Origin: a virus
Lineage: Duplodnaviria > Heunggongvirae > Uroviricota > Caudoviricetes
Reading direction: 5' to 3' (one strand)
Length of the DNA: 31,258 nt
IMG/VR virus record: IMGVR_UViG_2718217862_000002
Each line of letters starts with the position of its first letter. Position 1 is the first letter of the stretch. Made by a program: the position numbers and the translations under genes. Positions 1-8,523 of this stretch are shown here, piece by piece. The notes below the pieces were generated by a model that ran no database searches, was not told the DNA's origin, and was given only the letters and a program-made list of their open reading frames with translations.

Positions 1-903
1 TTATGAAAGCATAGACCGTTTACCCTCCCTGGGTACGACGGAACAGGGGTCCTGATGGATAATTACATCCGATCCCGGAAAACGCCGTAAAATAGCCTGC
101 TCTACCTGATCCGCCACCATATGTGCCTGAACCAAAGGCAGAGAGTCTTCCATTTCCAAATGAATCTGAATAAAGCGGGTCGGCCCTGACTGCCGCGTGC
201 GAAGATCGTGAGCGCCGCTAACACCCGGCCAGGAAGTCACGATATCAATAATTTCTTGCCGTTCCTCATCAGGCAATGCGCGATCCAGTAATGACTGTAC
301 CGCCTCATATCCCATGCGTAACGCGCTATATAAAATATAGATGCCGATTCCCAATGCAAACAGAGCATCGGCGCGATGCCAGCCGTACCAGGACAACCCC
401 AGCGCCAGCAGAATTGCGCCGTTCATCATAACATCAGACTGGTAATGTAGCATATCAGCCCGCACAGCCTGGCTTTGCGTCCGCCGCACCACCCAACGCT
501 GAAACGAGACAAGGATAATCGTACAAATTAGCGCCACAATTGTCACGATAACCCCGACGCCTGGATCTGTCATCGGTGTTGGAGATATCAGATGTTGAAT
601 ACCCGTCAAAAACAGGAATAGTGCCGAACCGGAGATAAACATACTTTGCGCCAGCGCCGCGAGGGACTCAGCTTTACCGTGACCAAACGAGTGATTATCG
701 TCGGCAGGTTGCAGGGAATATCGCACCACCAATAAATTCGTCAACGACGCGCCGATATCCACCAGCGAATCCACCAGCGCGGCGAGAATACTCACCGACC
801 CGGTATACCACCATGCAAAAATTTTAATCAGCAATAGCAGCGAAGCCATCGCCGTCGCAGCAATCGCCGCCCGACTGACCAGCCGTCCATAAGATTGATT
901 CAT
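1..903 (-). CDS. fieF: Cation diffusion facilitator family metal efflux transporter FieF (YiiP), complete, 300 aa
   Basis: ORF 1..921 translation from [25 protein letters not shown]... to ...[12 protein letters not shown] is recognised as E. coli FieF; ATG at 903 gives 300 aa; stop codon at window position 1-3. Confidence 0.9.
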
Positions 904-983
904 AAATACTCCCGCTATCAACTGACGCTAGTATAACGGAAGCAAATCATCTGCAATGCATTAAGCAGCAGGCAAATTGAGGA

Positions 984-1011
984 TAAAAAAAACCCCCACA
1001 GCATGTGGGGG
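984..1011 (-). terminator. Putative rho-independent terminator (minus-strand sense): 8-bp stem CCCCCACA/TGTGGGGG, 3-nt loop, followed on the minus strand by a T8-9 run
   Basis: Perfect inverted repeat at 993-1000 / 1004-1011 with A-run at 984-992 on the plus strand. Lies upstream of fieF, in the host/prophage junction. Confidence 0.4.
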
Positions 1012-1103
1012 AAGACAGGGATGGTGTCACAAAAAAGCACCTAACCTGATGATATAAATGGATTTATATCAACCACTGTCCACATAGCGTCCACATCGAC
1101 CAT

Positions 1104-1135
1104 AAATAAAGCCCCTCAACTGAGGGGCTATTTTT
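1104..1135 (-). terminator. Putative terminator immediately downstream of ogr (hairpin GCCCCTCA-AC-TGAGGGGC flanked by A/T-rich runs on both sides)
   Basis: 8-bp perfect inverted repeat at 1111-1118 / 1121-1128; T-rich flank on the minus strand directly after the ogr stop at 1140. Confidence 0.45.
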
Positions 1136-1139
1136 GTGA

Positions 1140-1358
1140 TCACATCCACATAATTTGCTGCCCTGACGGCAACGGGTGCGGCCTTACGGCGTGGACTTCT
1201 CCCGGCTTCACGATGTATCGCTGTACCGACTCATAAGTGATGAACGTGGCGCTGCAATTCACGTTCTGACACTGGTGATAACGCTCTTTTGTCGTGTCAG
1301 TGATATAGCGGCTTGTACGCGCATGTGCGGCATGCTGGCATAAAGGACAATGAAACAT
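1140..1358 (-). CDS. ogr: Late-gene transcription activator Ogr (zinc-finger), 72 aa
   Basis: MFHCPLCQHAAHARTSRYITDTTKERYHQCQNVNCSATF... recognised as Ogr with a C-x2-C ... C-x4-C zinc finger; ATG at 1358 (internal to ORF 1140..1433). Confidence 0.85.
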   Translation of the reverse strand: MFHCPLCQHAAHARTSRYITDTTKERYHQCQNVNCSATFITYESVQRYIVKPGEVHAVRPHPLPSGQQIMWM

Positions 1359-1439
1359 CGCGAGCACCTCTTCCGGTTTTGTTGATGGTGCCATTTTAGT
1401 CAATTTATCCTTATAAAACAAACAGATAAACAAAACACA

Positions 1440-2603
1440 TCACTCATCATCTTCTGTTTCATACTCCACATCAGAAAGCCTGACCTCAAGCTCTAAGGAC
1501 GTCGTGAAGCCGCTATTATTCAGAAAATGTGCCACCTTAGTGATTGTCCAGTCCTGCTCGTCTATGACGCGCTTAAAGCCTGACACTTTGACCGGTGTTT
1601 CCGTGTAAATATCTGCCCGACCGGTAGCCAGGCTGATGGAGAACTCCGCCACGCCCCGTTGCAGCTTATCCCACTTCGCCTGAGCGGCGCGCATGGCCTG
1701 CGCTTTCGTGGCATATACCGTGGTCAGGGCAAAAACGTTGTCAGCCTCACCGGCCATGTATTCACCTTCGCGCGCTTCCGGTACTTTTGGCGCTTTCTTC
1801 TGCGTGACTGGTTTCGCTTTCGGGTGCTCCAGTGCGCGCAGGTGTTTCTCTTTCTTTTTGCGTTTCAGTTTTACCTTCTGCTTTTGCGGCTTCGGGTCTT
1901 TGGTGTGAAGCCACTTTGCCGTTACGCCGGTATAGGCTCCACGGTCAGCAATCGCAAAATGATGACGGTCACCGTCGCTGCGGGTGATGGTGATCTGCGG
2001 GATTTTTTTACCGCTGGCCGTCACCCCCTGCCCCGCTTTGAGAAACAACAGTTTTCCCATTTTTACCGACACCTCACCGCCGTTGCGTTCAGCAAGGCGG
2101 GTCAGGAATTTTGCATCAGACTCCTGCGACTGGTCGATGTGCGGGATTTTAATTCCGGCCAGTGACGGCGCGACACTGGCTTCCAGCCTGTTACGGGAGG
2201 CTATCGCCTCAACAATCGCACCGAGCGTGGTGTCATGCCAGGAGCCTTCACGGCGGGAATTGAGCGTCCCGCGAAAATCTGCACTCCGGGCGCGGATGGT
2301 GACCACATCCGGCGCGCCCCGGTGTTCAACCTCATCAACGGTAAATTTCCCTTTGCATACCAGGGCAAAACCTTTCCAGCCGATATACACCGTCAGGACA
2401 GCGCCACGAACCGGCAGCCCGACCTGCCCGTCGGCATCGTTCAGTTCAATATCAAGCTGGTCAGCCTCAAAGCCCCGGTTATCCGTCAGGGTCATGCTCA
2501 TCAGACGGTCGCTGATATTGCCGGTAATATCCCTGCTGTCGAGCATCAGCATGTAATCCGGCGTCAGCGTACTGCCTGCATCAAATGTCAGCGCGTCCAG
2601 CAT
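1440..2603 (-). CDS. D: Tail protein gpD (late control gene D), 387 aa
   Basis: MLDALTFDAGSTLTPDYMLMLDSRDITGNISDRLMSMTLTDNRGFEADQLDIELNDADG... recognised as P2 gpD; position between U and ogr. Confidence 0.9.
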   Translation of the reverse strand: MLDALTFDAGSTLTPDYMLMLDSRDITGNISDRLMSMTLTDNRGFEADQLDIELNDADGQVGLPVRGAVLTVYIGWKGFALVCKGKFTVDEVEHRGAPDVVTIRARSADFRGTLNSRREGSWHDTTLGAIVEAIASRNRLEASVAPSLAGIKIPHIDQSQESDAKFLTRLAERNGGEVSVKMGKLLFLKAGQGVTASGKKIPQITITRSDGDRHHFAIADRGAYTGVTAKWLHTKDPKPQKQKVKLKRKKKEKHLRALEHPKAKPVTQKKAPKVPEAREGEYMAGEADNVFALTTVYATKAQAMRAAQAKWDKLQRGVAEFSISLATGRADIYTETPVKVSGFKRVIDEQDWTITKVAHFLNNSGFTTSLELEVRLSDVEYETEDDE

Positions 2604-3082
2604 TATCCCGCCCCCGTCATACCTGTGAATCTGGTCGCCATACTGCCAGCCTTACCAATAAGCGACTCCGCCTGTTTACCGATATCGCCATAAAGCGCGG
2701 CCAGTGATTCATCAACGCGGGTGAGTGACAGCGTAAAATCAATTTTCCGGGGTGTGCCGTCTGCAAAGAAAATACTCCCTGTTTCACTCACCCTGCTGAT
2801 GACATACATGCCATAAATCATGCCAGTGCCATCCAGCAACGGCCACGCCCGGCCTTCCTCTGCCATCAGCCTGAGCGTGGTCATCGTCAGCTTGCCGCCG
2901 GTCAGTTCGGGATAAAGCACGCCGGCAAGCGTAATGTTTTCCTCACCCACACCGAGAAACTGAAAGGCATCCCGTTTACCGATACGGGAATTTGACGGCC
3001 AGCGATAATCTGATTCACGCTGCATGGTCTGGTGTGGCAGCGTCTGGCGCATAAAAACAAACATACCTAACGCGAGCATCAT
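2603..3082 (-). CDS. U: Tail protein gpU, 159 aa
   Basis: Size and position between T and D match P2 gpU; stop overlaps the D start (ATGA). Confidence 0.85.
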   Translation of the reverse strand: MMLALGMFVFMRQTLPHQTMQRESDYRWPSNSRIGKRDAFQFLGVGEENITLAGVLYPELTGGKLTMTTLRLMAEEGRAWPLLDGTGMIYGMYVISRVSETGSIFFADGTPRKIDFTLSLTRVDESLAALYGDIGKQAESLIGKAGSMATRFTGMTGAG

Positions 3083-3096
3083 TTTTCGTCACCTCC

Positions 3097-5544
3097 TTAA
3101 CCGTCATGCATCATGCTGGCACGGGCGCGCGCACGTTTATCCCGCTCGTATTTTTCGAGCGCATCCTGTAACTGGCGGTCGAGCTGAGTCCCCGGCGCAG
3201 TACCGCCCGTCAGACTGATGTGATATTCGTTTTTACTCTGGTCCACATAAGAGCGGCCAGCCGGTGCCGTAACCGGCTGATAAGCCTGATAGCCTGCATA
3301 AGAGCTGGTCGCCGGAATATAACCACCGGTGCCATACGTGGCGGCATGAGTTCTGGCGGCGGTCTGGTCAAGTGTGTCTGACTCTTTGTTGATAACACCG
3401 AGTTTTTCCAGTACCCAGTCAATACCACTGCGCAGTTTGTTGAACGCATTAAGCGGCAGCATCAACGCGTCAGCCAGTGCCTGCCCGAACATGACGCCCG
3501 TGTCACGGCAACGGTTCAGGGTGTCCTGGGTGGCTTTAACCGGGGCGATCAGGTTTTTAAACCACTGCCACGCGGCCTGTAACTTTTCGCCCAACCAGTC
3601 AAACACCGGCTTAAGTGGCGTGAACAGTTCCCCCACCGGCGCAAATGCCGCTTTCAGCCCTTCCACCACACCGCCAAAGAATGCGCTGACAGGCTCCCAG
3701 TATTTACGGATAAGCAACGCCCCGGCGACAATGGCGGCCACCACGGCCATAACCGGCCAGCTAATCGCTCCGATGGCGGTCATAACAGCACTGCCAACCG
3801 TCGTGAAGATTGCCCCCATTGCGCCTGCTGCCGCGATGATGGCATTGATGCCGGTGATAACCGGCCAGGCTACGAGGCCAATGGCACCGATGACACCAAT
3901 CAGTGCCAGTGCACCACCGACAATGATGCCGATGGTTGACGCCAGTGATTTGTTTTTCTGGATCCAGCCGTCGAGTTTTAACACATACTTTGTGGCCGTC
4001 TGCGTGAGCTTACGCAGTGCGCCTTCCTGCTGGTCAAACAGGTCAGTCCCCACCGCCTCATAAGCGGACTGAAACTCTTTAAAGTCACCGCCGAGGTTGT
4101 CCTGCATGATATTTAGCAGCTCGGCGGTCTTCCCGTCTGAGGCTTTAAACGCAGCGGTCAGTTTGTCCAGCTTTCCGGTTGAGGCGGCAGTCATCAGCAC
4201 GGCGGCGGCTGAGCTGGCCTCCTCCCCGAAAATGGTTTTCATGTATTCAGCCTGCTGGGCAGTACCGAGCCGGTTTTTCTCAAAACTGGCCTGCATTTCT
4301 TTCAGAATGGTAAATACTGGTCGGGTATTCCCCTTACTGTCTGAGGTTTTTACGCCAAGCTCTTTCAGTGCATCCCATGCTTTTCCCGTCGGTGCCTGCA
4401 GACGGCTTAACACGGCACGGCTTCCCGTCCCCGCCATTGAACCGGTAATTTTTGCATCATGCAGCGCCCCGACCATTGCGGCGGTTTCTTCAATGCTGAC
4501 ACCGGCATTTTTTGCCACAGGTGCGGCATAGGTCAGCGCATCGCTCATACCGTCAAAATCGGCGGCGGTTTTGTTCATCGTCATGGAGAGAACATCCCCG
4601 ATATGAGCGACCTTATCGTTTGAAAGCTGAAAGGCGGATTTCATCCCCATCAGCAGGGCGGCGTTTTCTTCCATCGTGCGGCGGTTCGCCAGCGCCATAT
4701 TCAGCGTGACCGGCGTTGCCGCCTGAATGGCATCAACATCCCCACCCGCTTTCGCGATGATTATCTGTGCACCGGCCGCATCATCCGCCGAGGCGGCGGT
4801 ATTGTCGCCGAGCTGGCGCGCCTGTTTGCGTAGTGCGGTCATTTCGGCGGAGTCTTTTGCCACTCCGAGCACGGCCTGCAATTCTGAGTTTTTCTGCGCA
4901 AACTCATAACCGGGCATCAGCAGCTTAACTCCGGCCATCGTTCCCGCCGCCGCAATCCCCACACCGGCAGCGCCCACCGAGGCCATATTTCCGACCAGTT
5001 CCTTTCCGGCCTGATAACGCTGTTTGACTGCGTTAAGTTTTGCCTGTTGCGCACTGACACGCGCCAGCGCGTCGCGCTGACGGTTAAGCTGTGCGGTGGT
5101 TTCACTGATACGGTTTTTCAGTCCCTGCTCATCATGTGCAAGATTGCGGGTATTAATTCCCACAGCGGCCAGTTCCCGCTGCTGGCGTTTAACGGAATCC
5201 GTCAGGCGGTTATATTTCGCCTGTAAGTCCTCCGCCGCACGCTTTGCGGATTCCAGCACTTTCGCCTGAGCACGGGTCGGACGTTCGGTGTTTTTAAACT
5301 GTGTGGCAAGGGCTTCGGCTTCCTGCCGAGCCTTTTCAAGTGCATGACCAGTCACGGCGAGCTGTGCACTGGTCTTGCGAAATCCCTCAATACGGGATGC
5401 CTGACCGTTCAGCTCGCGCAGTGATTTTTGTGTTTCCCGGATATCCCCCGACAGCGATTTGCTCGCTGTGCGGATGGATTTAAACGGGCGGGATGCCTGG
5501 TCAACAGCCCTGAGCAATACCTGTAATTTTACATTGTTACTCAT
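3097..5544 (-). CDS. T: Tail tape-measure protein gpT, 815 aa
   Basis: Long Ala/Gln-rich coiled-coil N-terminus and central hydrophobic Gly/Ala-rich segment typical of tape-measure proteins; size and position match P2 gpT. Confidence 0.9.
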   Translation of the reverse strand: MSNNVKLQVLLRAVDQASRPFKSIRTASKSLSGDIRETQKSLRELNGQASRIEGFRKTSAQLAVTGHALEKARQEAEALATQFKNTERPTRAQAKVLESAKRAAEDLQAKYNRLTDSVKRQQRELAAVGINTRNLAHDEQGLKNRISETTAQLNRQRDALARVSAQQAKLNAVKQRYQAGKELVGNMASVGAAGVGIAAAGTMAGVKLLMPGYEFAQKNSELQAVLGVAKDSAEMTALRKQARQLGDNTAASADDAAGAQIIIAKAGGDVDAIQAATPVTLNMALANRRTMEENAALLMGMKSAFQLSNDKVAHIGDVLSMTMNKTAADFDGMSDALTYAAPVAKNAGVSIEETAAMVGALHDAKITGSMAGTGSRAVLSRLQAPTGKAWDALKELGVKTSDSKGNTRPVFTILKEMQASFEKNRLGTAQQAEYMKTIFGEEASSAAAVLMTAASTGKLDKLTAAFKASDGKTAELLNIMQDNLGGDFKEFQSAYEAVGTDLFDQQEGALRKLTQTATKYVLKLDGWIQKNKSLASTIGIIVGGALALIGVIGAIGLVAWPVITGINAIIAAAGAMGAIFTTVGSAVMTAIGAISWPVMAVVAAIVAGALLIRKYWEPVSAFFGGVVEGLKAAFAPVGELFTPLKPVFDWLGEKLQAAWQWFKNLIAPVKATQDTLNRCRDTGVMFGQALADALMLPLNAFNKLRSGIDWVLEKLGVINKESDTLDQTAARTHAATYGTGGYIPATSSYAGYQAYQPVTAPAGRSYVDQSKNEYHISLTGGTAPGTQLDRQLQDALEKYERDKRARARASMMHDG

Positions 5545-5964
5545 TCGTGTTTCCGCTTCGCCGGAGCGCCTTTTCGCGCCATGTGATGAGTTCGGTCAGG
5601 CTCATGGGATACAGTTCTGATGGCGGCCAGTGAAATATCACTGCCACATCCGCCATCAGGTCATCGACCGAGAGATTTTTCGGAAACGTCACTGCACCGA
5701 GTTCGGCGACAAAAAACCGACCACCTTACCGGCCAGCGCCACAAGGTCAGGCAGTTCCAGCGCGGCGACTTCCTGCTCGGTCAGCATCGGTGCCGTCATG
5801 CGCGGCAGCACTTTAATCAGTGCATCGACTTCGGAGTTCGCGACTGCAGCCAGACTGACACCGCGCAGCGTCCCGGCATTGGGTTTCATCAGCGTGACCT
5901 GTTCGATAACCTGCTCACCACGTTTGACCGGATTGTCCAGGGTAATGACGTTTTCTTTGTTCAT
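5537..5964 (-). CDS. E+E': gpE+E' fusion made by programmed -1 ribosomal frameshift at TTTTTTG (slippery heptamer at 5710..5716, minus-strand sense); predicted 142 aa
   Basis: Traced by hand: the -1 frame is open from the slippery site down to a TAA at 5539-5537, overlapping the T start at 5544. Product length equals the 142 aa I recall for P2 E+E'. Confidence 0.7.
5689..5964 (-). CDS. E: Tail assembly chaperone gpE, 91 aa
   Basis: MNKENVITLDNPVKRGEQVIEQVTLMKPNAGTLRGVSLAAVANSEVDALIKVLPRMTAPMLTEQEVAALELPDLVALAGKVVGFLSPNSVQ recognised as P2 gpE. Confidence 0.85.
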   Translation of the reverse strand: MNKENVITLDNPVKRGEQVIEQVTLMKPNAGTLRGVSLAAVANSEVDALIKVLPRMTAPMLTEQEVAALELPDLVALAGKVVGFLSPNSVQ

Positions 5965-6020
5965 GGTTTTCTCACTTCTGAATCGGGGTTAACCGGTCAG
6001 CCAGGCTGACCGGATGAAAA

Positions 6021-6539
6021 TCACAGGCCGATATTGCGGCGGTGTTGCTCCAGCCGGTCGACGCCGTTCACCTTCTCAATCATGTTGATGGTGTCGATTT
6101 CGACCAGCTCCTTACCGTCTATCGTCAGCCGGAAATAGGTGCAGACCACGGAGATTTTCGACTCAGTGTCTTCTCCCTGTTTACCCTCGCCGGTGTCGAT
6201 TTCTTTCTGACGTCCACGCATGACCACTTCAACGGCCACCGTTTCGCCGGTATCGTCGCGCTGGTAAGAACCAGCAAAACGAATCGGCACGGCATCCACA
6301 CCGGTTGCGGCGTAAAGCTCCCAGATAACCGAATCCGGGAAGCCCCCGAGCGACCACTCCATTGACAGCGCATCGTCATCAAGGCCGAGGTCTACCGGTG
6401 CGCTGCCGTTCATCCCCGCACCGCGATAGTTTTCTAGCTTACGGGTCAGTTTTGGCAGCGTGACGGACTTTGCAACGCCCTGATAGCTGTAGCCGTTCAG
6501 AAAGACGTTCATTAACTTGAGTTTGCGCGGCATTGCCAT
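6021..6539 (-). CDS. FII: Tail tube protein gpFII, 172 aa
   Basis: Size and position downstream of FI match P2 gpFII. Confidence 0.9.
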   Translation of the reverse strand: MAMPRKLKLMNVFLNGYSYQGVAKSVTLPKLTRKLENYRGAGMNGSAPVDLGLDDDALSMEWSLGGFPDSVIWELYAATGVDAVPIRFAGSYQRDDTGETVAVEVVMRGRQKEIDTGEGKQGEDTESKISVVCTYFRLTIDGKELVEIDTINMIEKVNGVDRLEQHRRNIGL

Positions 6540-6551
6540 CGGTCAGGCTCC

Positions 6552-7742
6552 TTAATTGCTGTTAACCGAGGTGACCAGATTTGCCAGGTATTTATCGGTA
6601 ATACGCTGGCGCAGGGTCAGGTTTTCAAGAGGAGGCACCGGGGTATAGTCGTAGTCGATATACAGTTTTCCGGCCTTGAGGGTTTCCGCATCGTTGGATT
6701 CTTCGCTGAACCAGCAGGTCGCATCCACGATATAGCCGTTTGTTTTCAGCTCACGGAATTTGGCATTGATGCCGTCAACGATGTCGCGAATCAGCGTTGC
6801 GGTGATGGGCTTGTCCACCGCCCACATGTGCGCCTCAGCCATCGTGTCGGCCAGCACCTGCGCGGTGCGGGTGTAGTTTTCAAAGAGGAACAGCGGGTCA
6901 TCGGAGCAGGTACGGTTACCCCAGAAGCGGAAACCGTCGCGGCGAATCAGCGTAGTGACGCCTGACTCGTTAAGCAGGTCAGCATCGGTGCCGGACTCCT
7001 GCAAATCCCAGAAGACGGATGCGCTGATGCCGGTAACACCGTTCACCCCGACATTGGACAGCGTTTTATGCCAGCCCTGCTCCTGGTCGATTTTAGCGCG
7101 CAGACCCAGCGCACGGGCGGTGGCATACGCGGTGGCGGTGGTACTGGTGACCGTATCCCATGCGAGGAAATCCGGCCAGATGACCATCAGCTCACGCTGG
7201 CTGAAATTCTGGCGGTAGGCTTTCACCTCGGAAATGGTTTTACAGCCCCATGCGCTGATATACCCGAAAGCGCGCAGCTTCTGACAGACTGATGCCAGTG
7301 CAACAGCCACCTCTTTGGTGTCCAGTCCCGGCACACCAAGAATACGCGGTTTAACACCGGTTACCGACTCCGCCGCCAGCAGGGCTTTCAGTCCGGTGTA
7401 CTGACCGTTTTCGTCGGTGGTGCCGATGATATTGGAAACGGTCTGCGCGAGTTTCGTTTCTTCGTCGTCGCCGGTGCCGTCTTCCACACGCACGACAACG
7501 GTGACCGGTTTTGACTGGTCAGCGATGGCCTGCAACGATGCTGCCAGCGTGCCTTTTTTACCGGCCTTTGCAATTGCGCTCTGCACATTGGTAATCAGCA
7601 CAGGTTTATTGAGGGGGAAGGTTTCCGCATCCGCATCGCTGGCCGTGCAGACCATGCCGACAATGGCAGTGGATACGGTGGAAATGACACGGGTGCCGTC
7701 GTTAATCTCCAGCACCTGCACGCCGTGATGATAGTCACTCAT
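6552..7742 (-). CDS. FI: Contractile tail sheath protein gpFI, 396 aa
   Basis: MSDYHHGVQVLEINDGTRVISTVSTAIVGMVCTASDADAETFPLNKPVLITN... recognised as P2-type sheath; size matches. Confidence 0.9.
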   Translation of the reverse strand: MSDYHHGVQVLEINDGTRVISTVSTAIVGMVCTASDADAETFPLNKPVLITNVQSAIAKAGKKGTLAASLQAIADQSKPVTVVVRVEDGTGDDEETKLAQTVSNIIGTTDENGQYTGLKALLAAESVTGVKPRILGVPGLDTKEVAVALASVCQKLRAFGYISAWGCKTISEVKAYRQNFSQRELMVIWPDFLAWDTVTSTTATAYATARALGLRAKIDQEQGWHKTLSNVGVNGVTGISASVFWDLQESGTDADLLNESGVTTLIRRDGFRFWGNRTCSDDPLFLFENYTRTAQVLADTMAEAHMWAVDKPITATLIRDIVDGINAKFRELKTNGYIVDATCWFSEESNDAETLKAGKLYIDYDYTPVPPLENLTLRQRITDKYLANLVTSVNSN

Positions 7743-7801
7743 CCGTTTAACTCCGTGGTTAATGGGTGAGTGATATTTTCTGTTGTGCCGGAGATGTCAG
7801 G

Positions 7802-7984
7802 CTATTTGTCCCGGTTGGCTAAGGGATGACACAATTTATTCTTTGTCGCTGATGAGGGGAATTTTTTATAGAGCGTGGACAGGCCAATATCAAAAATCAG
7901 CTCACATCCTGCGCACTCCAGCGCGTTACGCTGCAATTCCGTATTCTGGTCATTTGTTGACACGCGGACATAGCCAATAAGCAT
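7802..7984 (-). pseudogene. Serine DNA invertase (Gin/Hin/Pin/Cin family) remnant with an in-frame internal deletion; 60 aa instead of about 190
   Basis: MLIGYVRVSTNDQNTELQRNALECAGCELIF is the conserved invertase N-terminus with the catalytic Ser in VRVSTNDQ; it is joined directly to DIGLSTLYKKFPSS, which matches the extreme C-terminal HTH end of Gin/Pin. The catalytic domain core of about 130 aa is missing. Confidence 0.7.
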
Positions 7985-8011
7985 GATGGATCCCCTGAAT
8001 AAAAACCGGGG

Positions 8012-8521
8012 ATGATGCCAGTTAGCCGTAATCTCTGCATTTTCTTAAACGTTGGTTTGGGAGAAACGATAAATAAAGCCTCCGGAGCTATGCAGAAATC
8101 GGCTAATGGAGCTGATATTTCTGATGTATCAGCCTTCCGAAATGCGCTCCAGTTAGGGACCGCCGCAACACGAGATGTTGGAGCAGATAATGCCTCGAAG
8201 TTACTGGATTTAGACAGCTTCAGGTCAATGATGTCAGGGAATGGCTACATCTACATTCCATGCATTGCGACGACAGGAAACCCGGTGAAACTTATGTTGC
8301 AGTGGGGAACGGTGGCAACACAAAAGGGAGCTGATGCTGGATATGCCTTACCATTTGCTTTTCCCTATGCAGGCTTATTTGCGACCGGAAACCGTGGAAC
8401 ATCTGGCTACAATGCCGCGATGAATGTGCGTATTGCCAGCAGAACGCATATCAGTATTCAGAACTGGTCGCCATCCGGAGAGGGCACCGAAGATTGTTGT
8501 TTTATCGCGCTGGGGTATTAA
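8012..8521 (+). CDS. Alternate tail-fibre C-terminal (receptor-binding, Sv'-like) cassette lacking an N-terminal constant region; probably not expressed as a fibre in this orientation
   Basis: C-terminal part is homologous to the C-terminus of H on the opposite strand (shared GY.Y.P ... LQWG ... ALG[IY]-stop); followed by a tfa gene; begins at the hix-like site. Confidence 0.55.
   Translation: MMPVSRNLCIFLNVGLGETINKASGAMQKSANGADISDVSAFRNALQLGTAATRDVGADNASKLLDLDSFRSMMSGNGYIYIPCIATTGNPVKLMLQWGTVATQKGADAGYALPFAFPYAGLFATGNRGTSGYNAAMNVRIASRTHISIQNWSPSGEGTEDCCFIALGY
8042..8065. promoter_or_regulatory. hix/gix-like recombination-site remnant (TTCTTAAACGTTGGTTTGGGAGAA)
   Basis: Resembles the Hin/Gin crossover consensus (TTCTTGAAAACC..GGTTTTTGATAA-like half-sites) but with a shortened centre; sits exactly where the alternate fibre cassette begins, next to the invertase remnant. 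Confidence 0.35.
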
Positions 8522-8523
8522 GA

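Noticed and set aside
1012-1103. Possible 20-aa minus-strand peptide (MVDVDAMWTVVDINPFISSG) between the two hairpins at the host junction
   Set aside because: Too short, no RBS, and no similarity to the C-terminus of a host gene that I can recognise; most likely non-coding att/junction DNA.
1659-2693. Plus-strand ORFs of 71-190 aa (1659..2165, 1693..1908, 1984..2556, 2235..2693) inside gene D
   Set aside because: Antisense shadow ORFs within a well-supported GC-rich coding region; Arg/Ser/Pro-rich low-complexity translations, no start context, no recognisable similarity.
3374-4709. Plus-strand ORFs (3374..4063, 4097..4531, 4512..4709) inside the tape-measure gene T
   Set aside because: Antisense to a continuous 815-aa ORF with clear tape-measure character; typical frame shadows.
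7991-8016. Possible second hix-like half-site (TGAATAAAAACCGG) immediately upstream of the invertase remnant start
   Set aside because: Only one half-site resembles the consensus (TTATCAAAAACC); the other half is unrelated and it is flanked by a short CCCC/GGGG inverted repeat, so it may be a simple hairpin or promoter remnant.
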